A DNA stretch of 64,000 nt from positions 26,995-90,994 of the forward strand of contig CAVSAI010000020.1 in NCBI GenBank assembly GCA_963725825.1. The letters run 5' to 3'. Positions within the stretch are counted from its first letter, which is position 1; each line of letters opens with the position of its first letter. Shown piece by piece: positions 30,976-41,197 of this stretch. The notes beneath the pieces were generated by a model. That model was not told the DNA's origin. It did not search any database and saw nothing but the letters and a program-made list of their open reading frames with translations. A program made the translations under genes and the position numbers. This DNA comes from Candidatus Aminicenantes bacterium. GTDB taxonomy: Bacteria > Acidobacteriota > Aminicenantia > Aminicenantales > Saccharicenantaceae.

Positions 30976-31312
30976 GGTCATCTCCCGATTCCGGGATATC
31001 CCTCTCTCCGGCTTTGCTCAGGATATCGCCCCTCCGGCGGGAAGCGAACTCTGGGAAGCGACCCGGCAGAAGTGCGGCGGAGAGACCTGGAGCCGGACTT
31101 CTGCGAAATATCTCAAAAAAGCCTTCTTCTCAGATATTTATCAGAATCGTGGCCTCGCGTGCTCGTCCGCGATTCTGCAGGTCGCTCCGAAGACTCCGCT
31201 TCCCGCCGGTCCCCCTTCCCTCACGGGGGCTTCGTGGCGATATCCATCGCCGCCTCGAGATGGATTTCCCGGAAGGGCAGACGAGCATTTATCAAGTCGG
31301 GAAGATATGGCC
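30976..31312. repeat. ~340 bp nested imperfect palindrome in a divergent intergenic gap
   Basis: Perfect 13 bp pair 31034-31046/31197-31209; GGATATCGCC 31021-31030/31236-31245; 30989-31006/31257-31274; apex AAATATCT 31106-31113/AGATATTT 31132-31139. Confidence 0.85.
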
Positions 31313-31356
31313 AAGGCCGCCTGAAAACTGATAGAATGGGGCCGCCGGAGGGGCCC

Positions 31357-32352
31357 ATGAAGAAGCTCAGGGTCGGAGTCGACAGCTACAGCCTGAAACC
31401 CCTCGACCTTTCGCCGTTCGAGGTCCTCGAATGGGCGGTCATGAACGGCGCCGACGGCGTCCAGTTCTCCGAGGTCAACGTCCCCGCGGGAACGGCGGTC
31501 GACAAGATCTTCCTGCAGGAGCTCCGCAGCTTCGCCGCGGAGAACCGGCTGTACGTCGAGTGGGGCGGCGGCGAGCATATCCCCCTCGATCTCGAGAGCG
31601 GCCGCCCGAAGGACATTCTCGCCGGGAACCGCAAGGCGGCCGAACAGGCGTTCCTTCTGGGCGCGTCAACGGTCCGGTCCTGCTCGGGCGGCATGATGCG
31701 CTGGAAAAAGGGCTCCCCGCCGACGGAGGAATACCTGCGCCTGATGGCCGCCGCCCTCCGCGACCAGAAGCCGATGCTCCGGGACTTCGGCGTCGTCCTG
31801 GCGATCGAAACCCACTTCGAGTTCACGTCGTTCGAGCTCCTTCGCCTCTTCGACATGTGCGGCGCGGTCCCGGGGGAGTACCTGGGCGTCTGCCTCGACA
31901 CGATGAACCTTCTGACCATGCTCGAGGACCCGGTCCTGGCCACGCACCGGCTCCTCCCCTGGGTCGTGACGACCCACGTCAAGGACGGCGGCCTGATGCT
32001 CGCGGCGGAAGGCTTCGTCTCCTTCACGGCGGAGGCGGGCAAGGGCGCGATCGACCTGCCCGCCATCATCGAGGCGCTCGGCGCCATCCACCCGCATATC
32101 ACCCTGACCGTCGAGGACCACGGCGGGGATTTTCCCATTCCCGTCGCCGACGCCGATTTCCTGGCCCGCTTCCCGGACCTCACGGTCCCCGAGCTCGTCC
32201 GCCTGCTCGGGACGAGCGTCCGGACGCGGACGCTCATGGACGCCGGGAAGCTCGCCGTTCTGCCGCGCGACCGCTGGCCCGCCGCCTGCGAGCCGCGGGT
32301 CAAGCGGGACATCCAAGCCGTCCGGCGCATCCTCGGCGGGGACGGGAAGTAG
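31357..32352 (+). CDS. Sugar phosphate isomerase/epimerase (xylose-isomerase-like TIM barrel)
   Basis: LAIETH, CLDTMN, THVKD motifs; GGAGG SD before ATG 31357. Confidence 0.9.
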   Translation: MKKLRVGVDSYSLKPLDLSPFEVLEWAVMNGADGVQFSEVNVPAGTAVDKIFLQELRSFAAENRLYVEWGGGEHIPLDLESGRPKDILAGNRKAAEQAFLLGASTVRSCSGGMMRWKKGSPPTEEYLRLMAAALRDQKPMLRDFGVVLAIETHFEFTSFELLRLFDMCGAVPGEYLGVCLDTMNLLTMLEDPVLATHRLLPWVVTTHVKDGGLMLAAEGFVSFTAEAGKGAIDLPAIIEALGAIHPHITLTVEDHGGDFPIPVADADFLARFPDLTVPELVRLLGTSVRTRTLMDAGKLAVLPRDRWPAACEPRVKRDIQAVRRILGGDGK

Positions 32353-32361
32353 GGAGGGACG

Positions 32362-33702
32362 ATGGCCCCGCACGCGCGATTCCGGCTGAGGACGCCGGAC
32401 GACCTCGGCCGCGAGGCCCGGCGCCTGGGACTCGATATCCCTTATCGCGACGATCTTTCGGGGCTTCTCGAAAAGTCCTCGATCGGCGGCCGGGGTGTCC
32501 CCAACCGTCTGGCCGTCCTGCCCATCGAAGGCGCGGACGCCGAACGGTCCGGAGCGCCTTCCGAGTGGACCCGGCGGAGATACCGGCGCTATGCCTCGGG
32601 CGGCGCCGGGCTTATCTGGTGCGAGGCCGCGGCCGTGCGCCGGGACGGGCTCTCGAACCCCTGCCAGCTTTTGCTCACCGAGGGGACGCTCGGCGGGTTC
32701 GCGCGGCTGGTCGAGGAGATCCGGAACGCCGCCAGAAAGGAATGGGGGCCGGGCCACGTTCCGCTCGTCATCCTCCAGCTGACCCACTCGGGCCGGTTCT
32801 CCAAGCCGGAGGGATCCCCCCGGCCGCTCATCGTCCAGAACAACCCGCACCTCGCTCCTCTCCACGACCTTCCGCCGGACACGCCGGTCGTCTCCGACGA
32901 CGAGCTCGCCGGGATCCGGGACGATTTCGTGGAAGCGGCCGACCTGGCCGCCTCCGCCGGATTCGACGGTGTCGACATCAAGGCCTGCCACGGCTACCTG
33001 GTCTCCGAGACCCTGGCCGCCCACGGCCGGGAGGACAGCCGCTACGGAGGCACATTCGAGAACAGGACCCGCCTCCTGCTCGAGATCGTCCGCCAAGTCC
33101 GCGAGGAAGCTCCCGGGCTGCTGGTGACGAGCCGGCTGTCGGCGACCGATGCCGTCCCCTTCCCCTACGGCTTCGGCATGGACCCCGACGAGCCGGAAAG
33201 GACCGATCTCACCGAGACAAAGGCCCTTGTGCGCCTCCTCTCCCGGGCCGGCGTCGGCCTCCTGGCGCTGTCGCTGGGCATTCCGGCGTTGAAGCCGCAC
33301 TTCGGCCGGCCCTTCGATGAGCCTGTCCCCGGCGCCCGGGTCCCCGATGAGCACCCTCTCGAAGGCGTCGCCCGCCATCTCGCCGTCGCGACGGAGGTCC
33401 AGCGGTCCTCCCCGGGAACCGCCGTCATCGGAGCGGGATATTCCTGGCTCCGCGGGCTCGGCCCCGGGGTCGGCGCGGCCATGGTCGCGGACGGCCGGAG
33501 CGCCGCCTTCGGCCTCGGCCGCGGGGCGCTCGCCAATCCGGCCTTCGCCGCCGATCTCCTGAGGCGCGGCCGACTCTCCCCGCGCAAGGTCTGCACGACG
33601 TGTTCTCTCTGCTCACTCCTTCTCCGCCGGCAGAAGCGTGTCGGCTGCGTCGTCCGGGACCGCGAATTCAAGAACGCCGTCGGGAAAGGGGACGAGCCAT
33701 GA
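32362..33702 (+). CDS. NADH:flavin oxidoreductase (Old Yellow Enzyme family)
   Basis: PNRLAVLPIEG, QLTHSGR, AGFDGVDIKACHGYL, YGGTFENRTR, C-terminal CTTCSLC-x11-C. Confidence 0.92.
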   Translation: MAPHARFRLRTPDDLGREARRLGLDIPYRDDLSGLLEKSSIGGRGVPNRLAVLPIEGADAERSGAPSEWTRRRYRRYASGGAGLIWCEAAAVRRDGLSNPCQLLLTEGTLGGFARLVEEIRNAARKEWGPGHVPLVILQLTHSGRFSKPEGSPRPLIVQNNPHLAPLHDLPPDTPVVSDDELAGIRDDFVEAADLAASAGFDGVDIKACHGYLVSETLAAHGREDSRYGGTFENRTRLLLEIVRQVREEAPGLLVTSRLSATDAVPFPYGFGMDPDEPERTDLTETKALVRLLSRAGVGLLALSLGIPALKPHFGRPFDEPVPGARVPDEHPLEGVARHLAVATEVQRSSPGTAVIGAGYSWLRGLGPGVGAAMVADGRSAAFGLGRGALANPAFAADLLRRGRLSPRKVCTTCSLCSLLLRRQKRVGCVVRDREFKNAVGKGDEP

Positions 33703-34724
33703 ACAGGACCGAACGGACCGGTCTCGCTGTGACCATCGCCGCATTCCTGATCATCCTGGCCGCCTTCGCCGCCTACACCTTCGCCGTCCGTCCCTGGTTC
33801 CTCAACTGGGGAACTACGGCTCCGGAGAGGCGGCAGGCCCTTCTCGGCGACGACGCCTGGATCGGCGGGGCGGTCGGCGGGACCCGGGCGGTCACGATCG
33901 AAGCGCCGCCCGAGAAGGTCTGGCCCTGGCTCGTCCAGCTCGGCCAGGACCGGGCGGGTTTTTACAGCTACGCCTGGCTCGAGAACCTGACCCTCGCCGG
34001 CGTCCACAACACGTTCGAGATCCGGCCGGAGTGGCAGGGCCGCGAGGCCAAGGATTTCGTCCGCGGCGTCAAACCCGGCTACATGTTCGGCCTGTGGAAG
34101 GAAAGGGACGGCCGCACGGGCTGGCGGGTCGCGTTCGTCGCGCCGGGCCGGTCGATGACGCTCAAATACTGGGGCACCTTCGCCCTCGAGCCCGTCGGGA
34201 CGGGCGGGACGCGGTTCTTCGCCCGGAGCCGCGGCGAGCCTCTTCCGGGAGTGCTCGGCCGTCTTCTTGGCTTCTGGGTCGTCGATCCGGCCCATTTCGT
34301 CATGGAAAAGAAGATGATGACGGAGATCAAGAGATTGGCCGAAGGCCGCCCCGGTCCTCCGGGCTGGCTCAGGTTCCTGGCTACCGTGGGCTTCGCCTCC
34401 GCCGCCCTGGGCTCGGCCCTCCTGATCGGGACGAAGAAACGGAGGGGCTTCTGGCTCCTCCTCCCGGGGATCTATGCCGTCCTCATCCTGTGGCAGACGG
34501 CGGACTTGCGCGCGGCTCTCACGGGGTTCACGGCCCTGGCCCTTGTCGTCGAAGGCTTCCTTTTCTTCAAGAAGCGCTGGTGGATCTATTTCGGGTCCCT
34601 CCTGATCGCCGTTTACGCCGCGCTCTTCCTCGCGGAGGACGCCTGGATCGTCTTCGGCCTCGTTTTCCTGGCGGCCTTCGCCTCCCTGGCGGCGGCGGCC
34701 ACGAAGGGACTCCGGGCCCGATGA
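33699..34724 (+). CDS. Membrane protein with SRPBCC-like domain
   Basis: TRAVTIEAPPEKVWPWLVQLGQDRAGFYSY, HFVMEKKM; N-terminal TM and several C-terminal TMs. Confidence 0.82.
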   Translation: MNRTERTGLAVTIAAFLIILAAFAAYTFAVRPWFLNWGTTAPERRQALLGDDAWIGGAVGGTRAVTIEAPPEKVWPWLVQLGQDRAGFYSYAWLENLTLAGVHNTFEIRPEWQGREAKDFVRGVKPGYMFGLWKERDGRTGWRVAFVAPGRSMTLKYWGTFALEPVGTGGTRFFARSRGEPLPGVLGRLLGFWVVDPAHFVMEKKMMTEIKRLAEGRPGPPGWLRFLATVGFASAALGSALLIGTKKRRGFWLLLPGIYAVLILWQTADLRAALTGFTALALVVEGFLFFKKRWWIYFGSLLIAVYAALFLAEDAWIVFGLVFLAAFASLAAAATKGLRAR

Positions 34725-36739
34725 GATCGGGACGCGTGAGGATCGCCGGACGCTCGATCCCGGTCCATTCCCTGAACACGCTCGTCATCGGCAGCGGGGC
34801 GGCCGGGCTCAACGCCGCGGTCCGCCTCCACGCCTGCGGACAGACCGATATCGCGATCGTCACGACTCGGTTCGGCGCCGGCGCGTCGGCCGAGTCCGGA
34901 TCCGACAAGCAGACCTACTACAAGCTCTCGCTCGCGGGCGACGTCCCCGACTCCGCCTTCGACATGGCCCGGGACCTGGCCGCCGGCGGGTCCATGCACG
35001 GCGATATCGCCCTGGCCGAGGCCCAGGGCTCGCTCGAGGCCTTCTTCCGCCTGGTCGGGCTGGGCGTCCCGTTCCCCCACGACCGCTACGGCGCTTACGT
35101 GGGCTACAAGACCGACCATGATCCCCGCCAGCGGGCGACCTCGGCCGGACCGCTGACCTCGAAGCTCATGTTCGAGGCCCTGGCCGCGGAGGCTCGGCGA
35201 CGCAAGATCCGGGTCTTCGACGGGCACGACGTGATCGCCCTCCTGACGGCCGGCGGGGGCCGGGCGAAGAGGGCGATCGGCGCCCTGGCCCTCGACCGGA
35301 GGACGCTCGGCGGGCCGGGCCGGGGCTTCGTCCTGTTCAACGCGACGAACGTCGTCGCGGCCACGGGCGGACCCGGCGGGATGTACGAGCACTCGGTCTA
35401 TCCCGAAAGTCAGGCAGGCTCGCACGGGCTTCTTTTCGAGGCCGGGGCCGTGGCCCACAACCTGACCGAATCGCAGTTCGGCCTGGCCTCGGTCGCGTTC
35501 CGCTGGAACGTCTCCGGCACCTACCAGCAGGTCGTGCCGCGCTACATCTCGACCGACGCCGGAGGCGGCGGCGAGCGGGAGTTCCTCAACGATTATTTCC
35601 CCGACATGGGCGCCCTGGCCACGGCCGTCTTTCTCAAGGGCTACCAGTGGCCGTTCGATCCGCGGAAAGCCGTCGACGGCGGGTCGTCGCTGATCGATCT
35701 CCTCGTTTACGACGAGACCGTGGTCAAGGGCCGCCGCGTCTTCCTCGATTTCCGGGGCGAAGCCCGCGGCGACCGGCGGCTGGCGCCGTTCGAACCGGGC
35801 CAGCTCGGCGCCGAGGCCTACGGCTATCTCGAGAAGTCGGGAGCGCTGATGGAGACCCCGATCGCCCGGCTCAGGAAGATGAACGGCCCGGCCGTCGAGC
35901 TCTACGCGTCCCACGGGATCGACCTGGCCGGCGAGCCGCTCGAGATCGCGGTCTGCGCCCAGCACAACAACGGCGGCTTCCGGGGCTCCATCTGGTGGGA
36001 ATCGAGCCTCCGCGGCCTTTTCCCGGTCGGCGAGCTTTGCGGAACTCACGGGGTGACGCGTCCGGGCGGGTCGGCCCTCAACGCCGGTCAGGTCGGAAGC
36101 GCCCGGGCGGCGCTCTTCATCGCCCGCAGGCGCACGGGGCGGCCTCTGGCCGAGACCGCGTTCGGCCGGGCCGCCGAAAGGGCCGTCGCCGAAAGATGGG
36201 ACCGGTCCCGGGCCATGCTCGGCCGCGGGAAGGACGGCGGTCTGACGCCGGACGAGTGCCTGGCCGAGATCAAGCGCCGGATGTCCGCGTGCGGCGCCGT
36301 CGTCAGGGACAAGGACGTCGTCCGTGAGGAGAGGGCCCTGGCCCGCGAGCTTTGGAAGAGGGCCGGGCGGGAGCTCGGCGCGGCCTCGGCACGTGACTTG
36401 CCGCGGGCGTTCGAGGCCCTGGACCTGGCTCTGACCCATTCCGTTTATCTCGAGGCGATCGGCGAGTACCTGGAGCGTGACGGAAAGAGCCGCGGGTCTT
36501 ATCTCGTCCCCGACCCCGCGGGACGGCCGCCGCACCCGCTCCTCGGCGGGCGCTGGGCCTTCTCGCTTGCCGGTCCTGGGGACTTCGTCTCCGCCAACAT
36601 CCTGGAGATCCGACTGGACGGCCGGGGCCGCGTTCATAAGAGATGGCTCCCGGTGAGGCCGGTGCCCAGGCCTTTGGGCTGGTTCGAATCGGTCTGGGCC
36701 GATCATCGCAACGACCGGATCGTGGTCGAGGAGGAATGA
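34721..36739 (+). CDS. FAD-binding protein, SdhA/FrdA/NadB flavoprotein superfamily
   Basis: VIGSGAAG, AATGG, QHNNGG, GLFPVGE, HGVTRPGGSAL; ATGA overlap at 34721. Confidence 0.88.
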   Translation: MRSGRVRIAGRSIPVHSLNTLVIGSGAAGLNAAVRLHACGQTDIAIVTTRFGAGASAESGSDKQTYYKLSLAGDVPDSAFDMARDLAAGGSMHGDIALAEAQGSLEAFFRLVGLGVPFPHDRYGAYVGYKTDHDPRQRATSAGPLTSKLMFEALAAEARRRKIRVFDGHDVIALLTAGGGRAKRAIGALALDRRTLGGPGRGFVLFNATNVVAATGGPGGMYEHSVYPESQAGSHGLLFEAGAVAHNLTESQFGLASVAFRWNVSGTYQQVVPRYISTDAGGGGEREFLNDYFPDMGALATAVFLKGYQWPFDPRKAVDGGSSLIDLLVYDETVVKGRRVFLDFRGEARGDRRLAPFEPGQLGAEAYGYLEKSGALMETPIARLRKMNGPAVELYASHGIDLAGEPLEIAVCAQHNNGGFRGSIWWESSLRGLFPVGELCGTHGVTRPGGSALNAGQVGSARAALFIARRRTGRPLAETAFGRAAERAVAERWDRSRAMLGRGKDGGLTPDECLAEIKRRMSACGAVVRDKDVVREERALARELWKRAGRELGAASARDLPRAFEALDLALTHSVYLEAIGEYLERDGKSRGSYLVPDPAGRPPHPLLGGRWAFSLAGPGDFVSANILEIRLDGRGRVHKRWLPVRPVPRPLGWFESVWADHRNDRIVVEEE

Positions 36740-37548
36740 GGATGCCCGCCAAACTACCCCGGTCCGAGCGCACCGCGCTGGTCACGGGAGCCGGCCGCGG
36801 CATCGGCCGAGGGATCGCGCTCGCCCTGGCCCGTGACGGCTTCGACGTCGTCGGCATCGATGTTGTTTTCGAGCCCGAGAATAAGACCAAAGGGCTCTTC
36901 GAGGTCAAGGACAGGGTCGAGGAGCTCGGCGGCCGCTTCCTGCCGGTCGCCGGGGACATCTCCCGGATCGGCGACCACGACCGGATGCTCGACACCGCCT
37001 ACGGGGTCTGCGGGCGGATCGACGTCCTGGTCAACAATGCCGGCGTCTCCCCGCTCGAGCGCCTGGATATCCTGGAGACATCCCCCGAAAGCTACGACCG
37101 CCTCATGGCCGTCAACGCCCGGGGTCCGTTCTTCCTGACCCAGAAGGCGGCGAAGAGGATGGCCGCGCAGAGGCCGCGCCGCGGCGGCATCCGGCCGGCC
37201 GTCGTCTTCATCACCTCCATCTCGGCCTCCGTGTCCTCGACCTCGCGGCCCGAATACTGCGTGTCCAAGGCCGCCTTGAGCATGACCGCGACGCTCTTCG
37301 CCGATTCCCTGTCCGGAAAAGGCATCGCCGTTTTCGAGGTCCGGCCGGGCGTCATCGCCACCGACATGACCGCCGGGGTCAAGAGGAAATACGACCGGCT
37401 CATCGCCGGCGGGCTCGTCCCCCAGGGGCGATGGGGCCTTCCGGAGGACGTCGGGCGGGCCGTGGCCGCCCTCGTCCGGGGGGATTTCGGCTATTCGACC
37501 GGCGCGGTCGTCGAGGTCAGCGGCGGCATGAACATCCGGAGGCTCTGA
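36736..37548 (+). CDS. SDR family oxidoreductase (3-ketoacyl-ACP reductase-like)
   Basis: TGAGRGIG, NNAG, YCVSK, PGVIATDM. Confidence 0.92.
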   Translation: MRMPAKLPRSERTALVTGAGRGIGRGIALALARDGFDVVGIDVVFEPENKTKGLFEVKDRVEELGGRFLPVAGDISRIGDHDRMLDTAYGVCGRIDVLVNNAGVSPLERLDILETSPESYDRLMAVNARGPFFLTQKAAKRMAAQRPRRGGIRPAVVFITSISASVSSTSRPEYCVSKAALSMTATLFADSLSGKGIAVFEVRPGVIATDMTAGVKRKYDRLIAGGLVPQGRWGLPEDVGRAVAALVRGDFGYSTGAVVEVSGGMNIRRL

Positions 37549-37606
37549 GCCCGTTCCTTTTCAGGATGCCACCCGTGTGGTATCCTAGACCCAAATCGGA
37601 GGGACC

Positions 37607-38299
37607 ATGAACGAACACAAGACCCAAGGCCGCATCTTCTGGGGACTCCTGCTCATCGTTCTGGGGGTCATCTTCCTGCTCGACCAAATGGGACGTCTCG
37701 ACTTCGGCGACCTCATCGGGCGCTACTGGCCTGTCATCTTCATCCTTATCGGCATCTCCATCCTGCTCAGCAACAATTTCCGGAACGCCGGTTCGGGGGT
37801 CTTCTTCATCCTCTTCGGCACGTTCTTCCTCCTCCTCCGCCTGCGGATCTTCGACCAGGCCGTCTGGCACTATCTCTGGCCCCTGGCGATCATCGCGGTC
37901 GGGCTGTGGATCCTGCTGAGGCCGTCTCTGCACCGGGACAAAATGAAGGTCCCCGAGATGAGCGGCGACGACCTGGCCATCAACCAGGTCTTTTCGAGCG
38001 CCACCCGCAAGATCGGGTCCCAGAGCTTCCGGGGCGGCAAGGCCGACGTCGTCTTCGGCTCGGCCGAGATCGACCTCAGGGCCGCGAGGCTCGCCGGAGG
38101 GCAGGCCACCCTCGTCCTGTCCGTCGTCTTCGGCAACATCGAAGTTTTCGTCCCTCGCGAATGGCAGGTCGTGATCGCGGGGACGCCCGTTCTCGGCTCG
38201 ATCGAGGGCCATAAGGCCGCGGTCTCCGACGCGGAGAAGACCGGGACCCTCTCGATCCAGGGATCGGCCGTGTTCGGCTCGATCAAGGTCAAGGAGTAA
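37607..38299 (+). CDS. LiaF-like cell-envelope stress membrane protein
   Basis: GRIFWGLLLIVLG, YWPVIFILIG TM pairs; C-terminal FGSAEIDLR..FGNIEVFVP beta domain. Confidence 0.85.
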   Translation: MNEHKTQGRIFWGLLLIVLGVIFLLDQMGRLDFGDLIGRYWPVIFILIGISILLSNNFRNAGSGVFFILFGTFFLLLRLRIFDQAVWHYLWPLAIIAVGLWILLRPSLHRDKMKVPEMSGDDLAINQVFSSATRKIGSQSFRGGKADVVFGSAEIDLRAARLAGGQATLVLSVVFGNIEVFVPREWQVVIAGTPVLGSIEGHKAAVSDAEKTGTLSIQGSAVFGSIKVKE

Positions 38300-38303
38300 G
38301 GCC

Positions 38304-39098
38304 ATGAAGAAAGGCCTGTTCTGGCTCCTGGCCGTCGTCATCACGCTGGGCTCCGCGGTCTATCAGAGAATGACGGGACCGAGCTATCCCCTCGTGGTCA
38401 AGGCCTTCGTGGCCGGGACCGAGATCAGGGCCCGGCTGGCACGGAGCGCCGAAACCGGCGCCGACGCCGAGGTGGTCATCCCCGCTCCGGCGCCGGTCGA
38501 AGGGCGCATCGAGTGGAAGCGGGCCAAGACCGCCGACGCGTGGACGAGCGCGGCCCTCGTCAGGGAGGGCGACCGGCTCGTCGGGCGCCTGCCCCGCCAG
38601 CCCGCGGCCGGCAAAGTCGCCTACAAGGTCGTCCTGACGGCGGACGGGGAATCGAAGGCCCTGACCGGTGACGTCCCGGCCGTCCTGAGGTTCAAGGACC
38701 CCGTTCCGATCTGGGTGATCGTTCCCCACATCCTCGTCATGTTCGCAGGGATGCTGCTCTCGACGGCGGCCGGCCTGGCCGCGCTCGACAAGAAGCGGGA
38801 TCCCCGCAGGCTGACCCTCTGGGCGGTCTGCCTGATCTTCGCCGGCGGCTTCATCCTGGGACCGCTCGTCCAGAAGTTCGCCTTCGGGGTCGCCTGGAGC
38901 GGGTTTCCGTTCGGCACGGATCTCACCGACAACAAGACGCTGATCGCTTTCCTATTCTGGGTCGTGGCCTTCGTGGCGGGCCGGAAGGGGAAGCCGGCCC
39001 GGCCGTTCGTCATCGCCGCTTCGCTGGTCACGCTGATCGTCTTCCTCATCCCGCACAGCCTGTTCGGGTCAGAGCTCGATTACTCTCGGCTGAAATGA
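38304..39098 (+). CDS. Conserved hypothetical membrane protein
   Basis: YQRMTGPSYP, several TMs, DLTDNKTL, IPHSLFGSELDY. Confidence 0.8.
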   Translation: MKKGLFWLLAVVITLGSAVYQRMTGPSYPLVVKAFVAGTEIRARLARSAETGADAEVVIPAPAPVEGRIEWKRAKTADAWTSAALVREGDRLVGRLPRQPAAGKVAYKVVLTADGESKALTGDVPAVLRFKDPVPIWVIVPHILVMFAGMLLSTAAGLAALDKKRDPRRLTLWAVCLIFAGGFILGPLVQKFAFGVAWSGFPFGTDLTDNKTLIAFLFWVVAFVAGRKGKPARPFVIAASLVTLIVFLIPHSLFGSELDYSRLK

Positions 39099-39126
39099 GC
39101 CGGTCGGGCCGGCGGAGGAGCTACAA

Positions 39127-39516
39127 ATGAAAAAAGCCGTTCCTGTCATCCTGGCCCTCCTTCTCGCGGCGGCCGCCGGAGCTTGGGCCCAGGGAAAGAT
39201 CCCGGACGACGTCGTCTCCCTCTTCCAGAAAAAATGCGCTCAATGCCACAAAGGGAAGCATCCGCCCCGAGGGTTGAGCTGGGAGACGGCAAAGATCGCG
39301 GCGGCCATCAACGCCGCGAGCAAGGAGGCGCCGGACTTGAAGATCATCGATGCGGCGTCCCCGGAGTCGAGCTATGTCCTGAAGAAGGTCCGCGGAGAAA
39401 GCGGCATCAAGGGATCGCGCATGCCTCCGCCCCGGGCCCTCAGCGCCGAGGAGATCCAGATCATCGAGACATGGATCCAGAGTCTCAAGAAGCTCCCTGT
39501 TCCCGCCTCTACTTGA
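39127..39516 (+). CDS. Periplasmic monoheme cytochrome c
   Basis: Signal peptide, CAQCH, distal Met in RMPP; GGAGGAG SD. Confidence 0.88.
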   Translation: MKKAVPVILALLLAAAAGAWAQGKIPDDVVSLFQKKCAQCHKGKHPPRGLSWETAKIAAAINAASKEAPDLKIIDAASPESSYVLKKVRGESGIKGSRMPPPRALSAEEIQIIETWIQSLKKLPVPAST

Positions 39517-41188
39517 GCTGGAACCGGACGGTCACTGTGAAGACGACGGGTACCGCTTTGCCGTTGATGACCGTCGGCTCGTAGACCCACTGTCTGACGG
39601 CGTCGATGGCCGCTTGGTCGAGGAGCGGGATCGACCGCAACACCATGACATCGCTGACGCTGCCTTTTTCGTCGGCCCTGACGCTGAGGATGACGACGCC
39701 CTGGACGCCGGCGACCCGGGCGGCCTCGGGGTAGACCGGAGCGGCTTCTTTGATCTGCTTGGGCGGTTCGATGTCGCCCTCGGCTTTGACTGCACCTTGG
39801 GCGAATTTCTCGATCGTTTTAGCCTTGTCGCCTTCCTTGAGCATGAAGCGGACCGTCACGGTGAAAAGCACCTTGCGGCGCTTGCCGTCGATGACCAGGG
39901 GTTCGTACTTCCACTGCTTGACGGCGTCGATGGCCGCCTGGTCGAGGACAGGGATGGAGCGCAGGATCCGGCTGTCGACGACGTTGCCCTCCTCGTCGGC
40001 CTTGGCCTCGAGGATGACCATGCCTTCCACACCCGCTTTGGCGGCTTCCTTCGGATATACCGGGTCCACACTCTTGACGAGCTTGGGCGGCTTGACCTCT
40101 CCGACCGCCCGGACGGCGTCTCCTTCGAACTTTTTGAGGTCTTGGGCGCCTCCGACCCCGCCGAGGACGCCCCCGGCAACGCCGCCTTCGACGCCCGCGG
40201 CGACTCCTCCGCCGATGCCCGTGGCTACGCCGCCGGTGACGCCGCCGACGACCCCGCCGCCGGCCGGCTTCTTGTCCTTGTCGAGGCCGAACCTGACGGT
40301 CACGGTAAAGGTCACATCCCTGGGCTTGCCGTCGACGACCATGGGCTCATAGACCCACTGCCTGACCGCGTCGATGGCCGCCTGATCGAGGAGCGGGATC
40401 GAGCGCAGGACCTTGACGTCGGCGATCCGCCCATACGTGTCCGTCGTGGCCTCCAGGATCACGACGCCTTCGACCCGCGCCTTCCGCGCCGCTTCGGGAT
40501 AGACGGGCGCGACCTCCTTGACGAGCTTGGGCGGCATGACCTTTTCGCCGCTCTTCAGCACGCCGGGGACGACCCCGCCCGCGGCCCGACCCCCACCTTC
40601 CGCCGCGGCGGCCGGCTCGCCGAGCCAGCGGGCGACCCGAAGGGTGATGAAATAGGACTTGAGCTTAGTATCTTCGAAGCCGAAAACGGCGGCGCTCTTG
40701 TCCGGGAGGGAGAATTCCGTGTCCAGCAGGCTGGCCTTGCCCGCCGCGCTCTGCTCGAAGACCTGGATATGGAAGTGGTTGCGTTCGGGCAGGCGGCCCG
40801 GAGTGACCATGACCAGGTATTCCTGCCCGTTGATCCGGAACATATGGAAGGCCTTTTCGGTCTTCCTCTTTTCCCAAACGAGGGCGGCCTCGGTCAGAAG
40901 GCCGATGTCCGTCAGGCTGAAGACCTTTTTGATCTGCTCGTCCGTGGCCGTGTTTTCCTCATCCTCGAAATTGGCGAAAGTCTGGAATTCGAGGAATGAC
41001 GAGGTGACGGGCCGGACGAGGGTCTTGGATCGATCCCGACTCCCCTGGAGGATCCGCATATTCAGCTCGAAGGCCGAAGCCGTCAACTTGGCGCTCTGCG
41101 CGGCATCGTCTTCTCCGGCCGAGGCCCAAACGGCCAGGCCCGATCCCGCGAGAGCGAGCGTCACGAATATTATGAGCGCATTTTTCAT
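39509..41188 (-). CDS. TonB family protein with three tandem TonB C-terminal domains
   Basis: Signal/TM, unknown N-domain, three PVYP...LRSIPxLDQAAIDAV(R/K)QWxYEP repeats, GGV-rich linker. Confidence 0.92.
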   Translation of the reverse strand: MKNALIIFVTLALAGSGLAVWASAGEDDAAQSAKLTASAFELNMRILQGSRDRSKTLVRPVTSSFLEFQTFANFEDEENTATDEQIKKVFSLTDIGLLTEAALVWEKRKTEKAFHMFRINGQEYLVMVTPGRLPERNHFHIQVFEQSAAGKASLLDTEFSLPDKSAAVFGFEDTKLKSYFITLRVARWLGEPAAAAEGGGRAAGGVVPGVLKSGEKVMPPKLVKEVAPVYPEAARKARVEGVVILEATTDTYGRIADVKVLRSIPLLDQAAIDAVRQWVYEPMVVDGKPRDVTFTVTVRFGLDKDKKPAGGGVVGGVTGGVATGIGGGVAAGVEGGVAGGVLGGVGGAQDLKKFEGDAVRAVGEVKPPKLVKSVDPVYPKEAAKAGVEGMVILEAKADEEGNVVDSRILRSIPVLDQAAIDAVKQWKYEPLVIDGKRRKVLFTVTVRFMLKEGDKAKTIEKFAQGAVKAEGDIEPPKQIKEAAPVYPEAARVAGVQGVVILSVRADEKGSVSDVMVLRSIPLLDQAAIDAVRQWVYEPTVINGKAVPVVFTVTVRFQLK

Positions 41189-41197
41189 GTCACCCTC

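Noticed and set aside
40150-40262. Periodic GCCGCC/GACGCC repeats (also 55750-55855) as a CRISPR-like array
   Set aside because: They encode GGV/GGVEGG linkers of TonB-like proteins; no spacers or cas genes.
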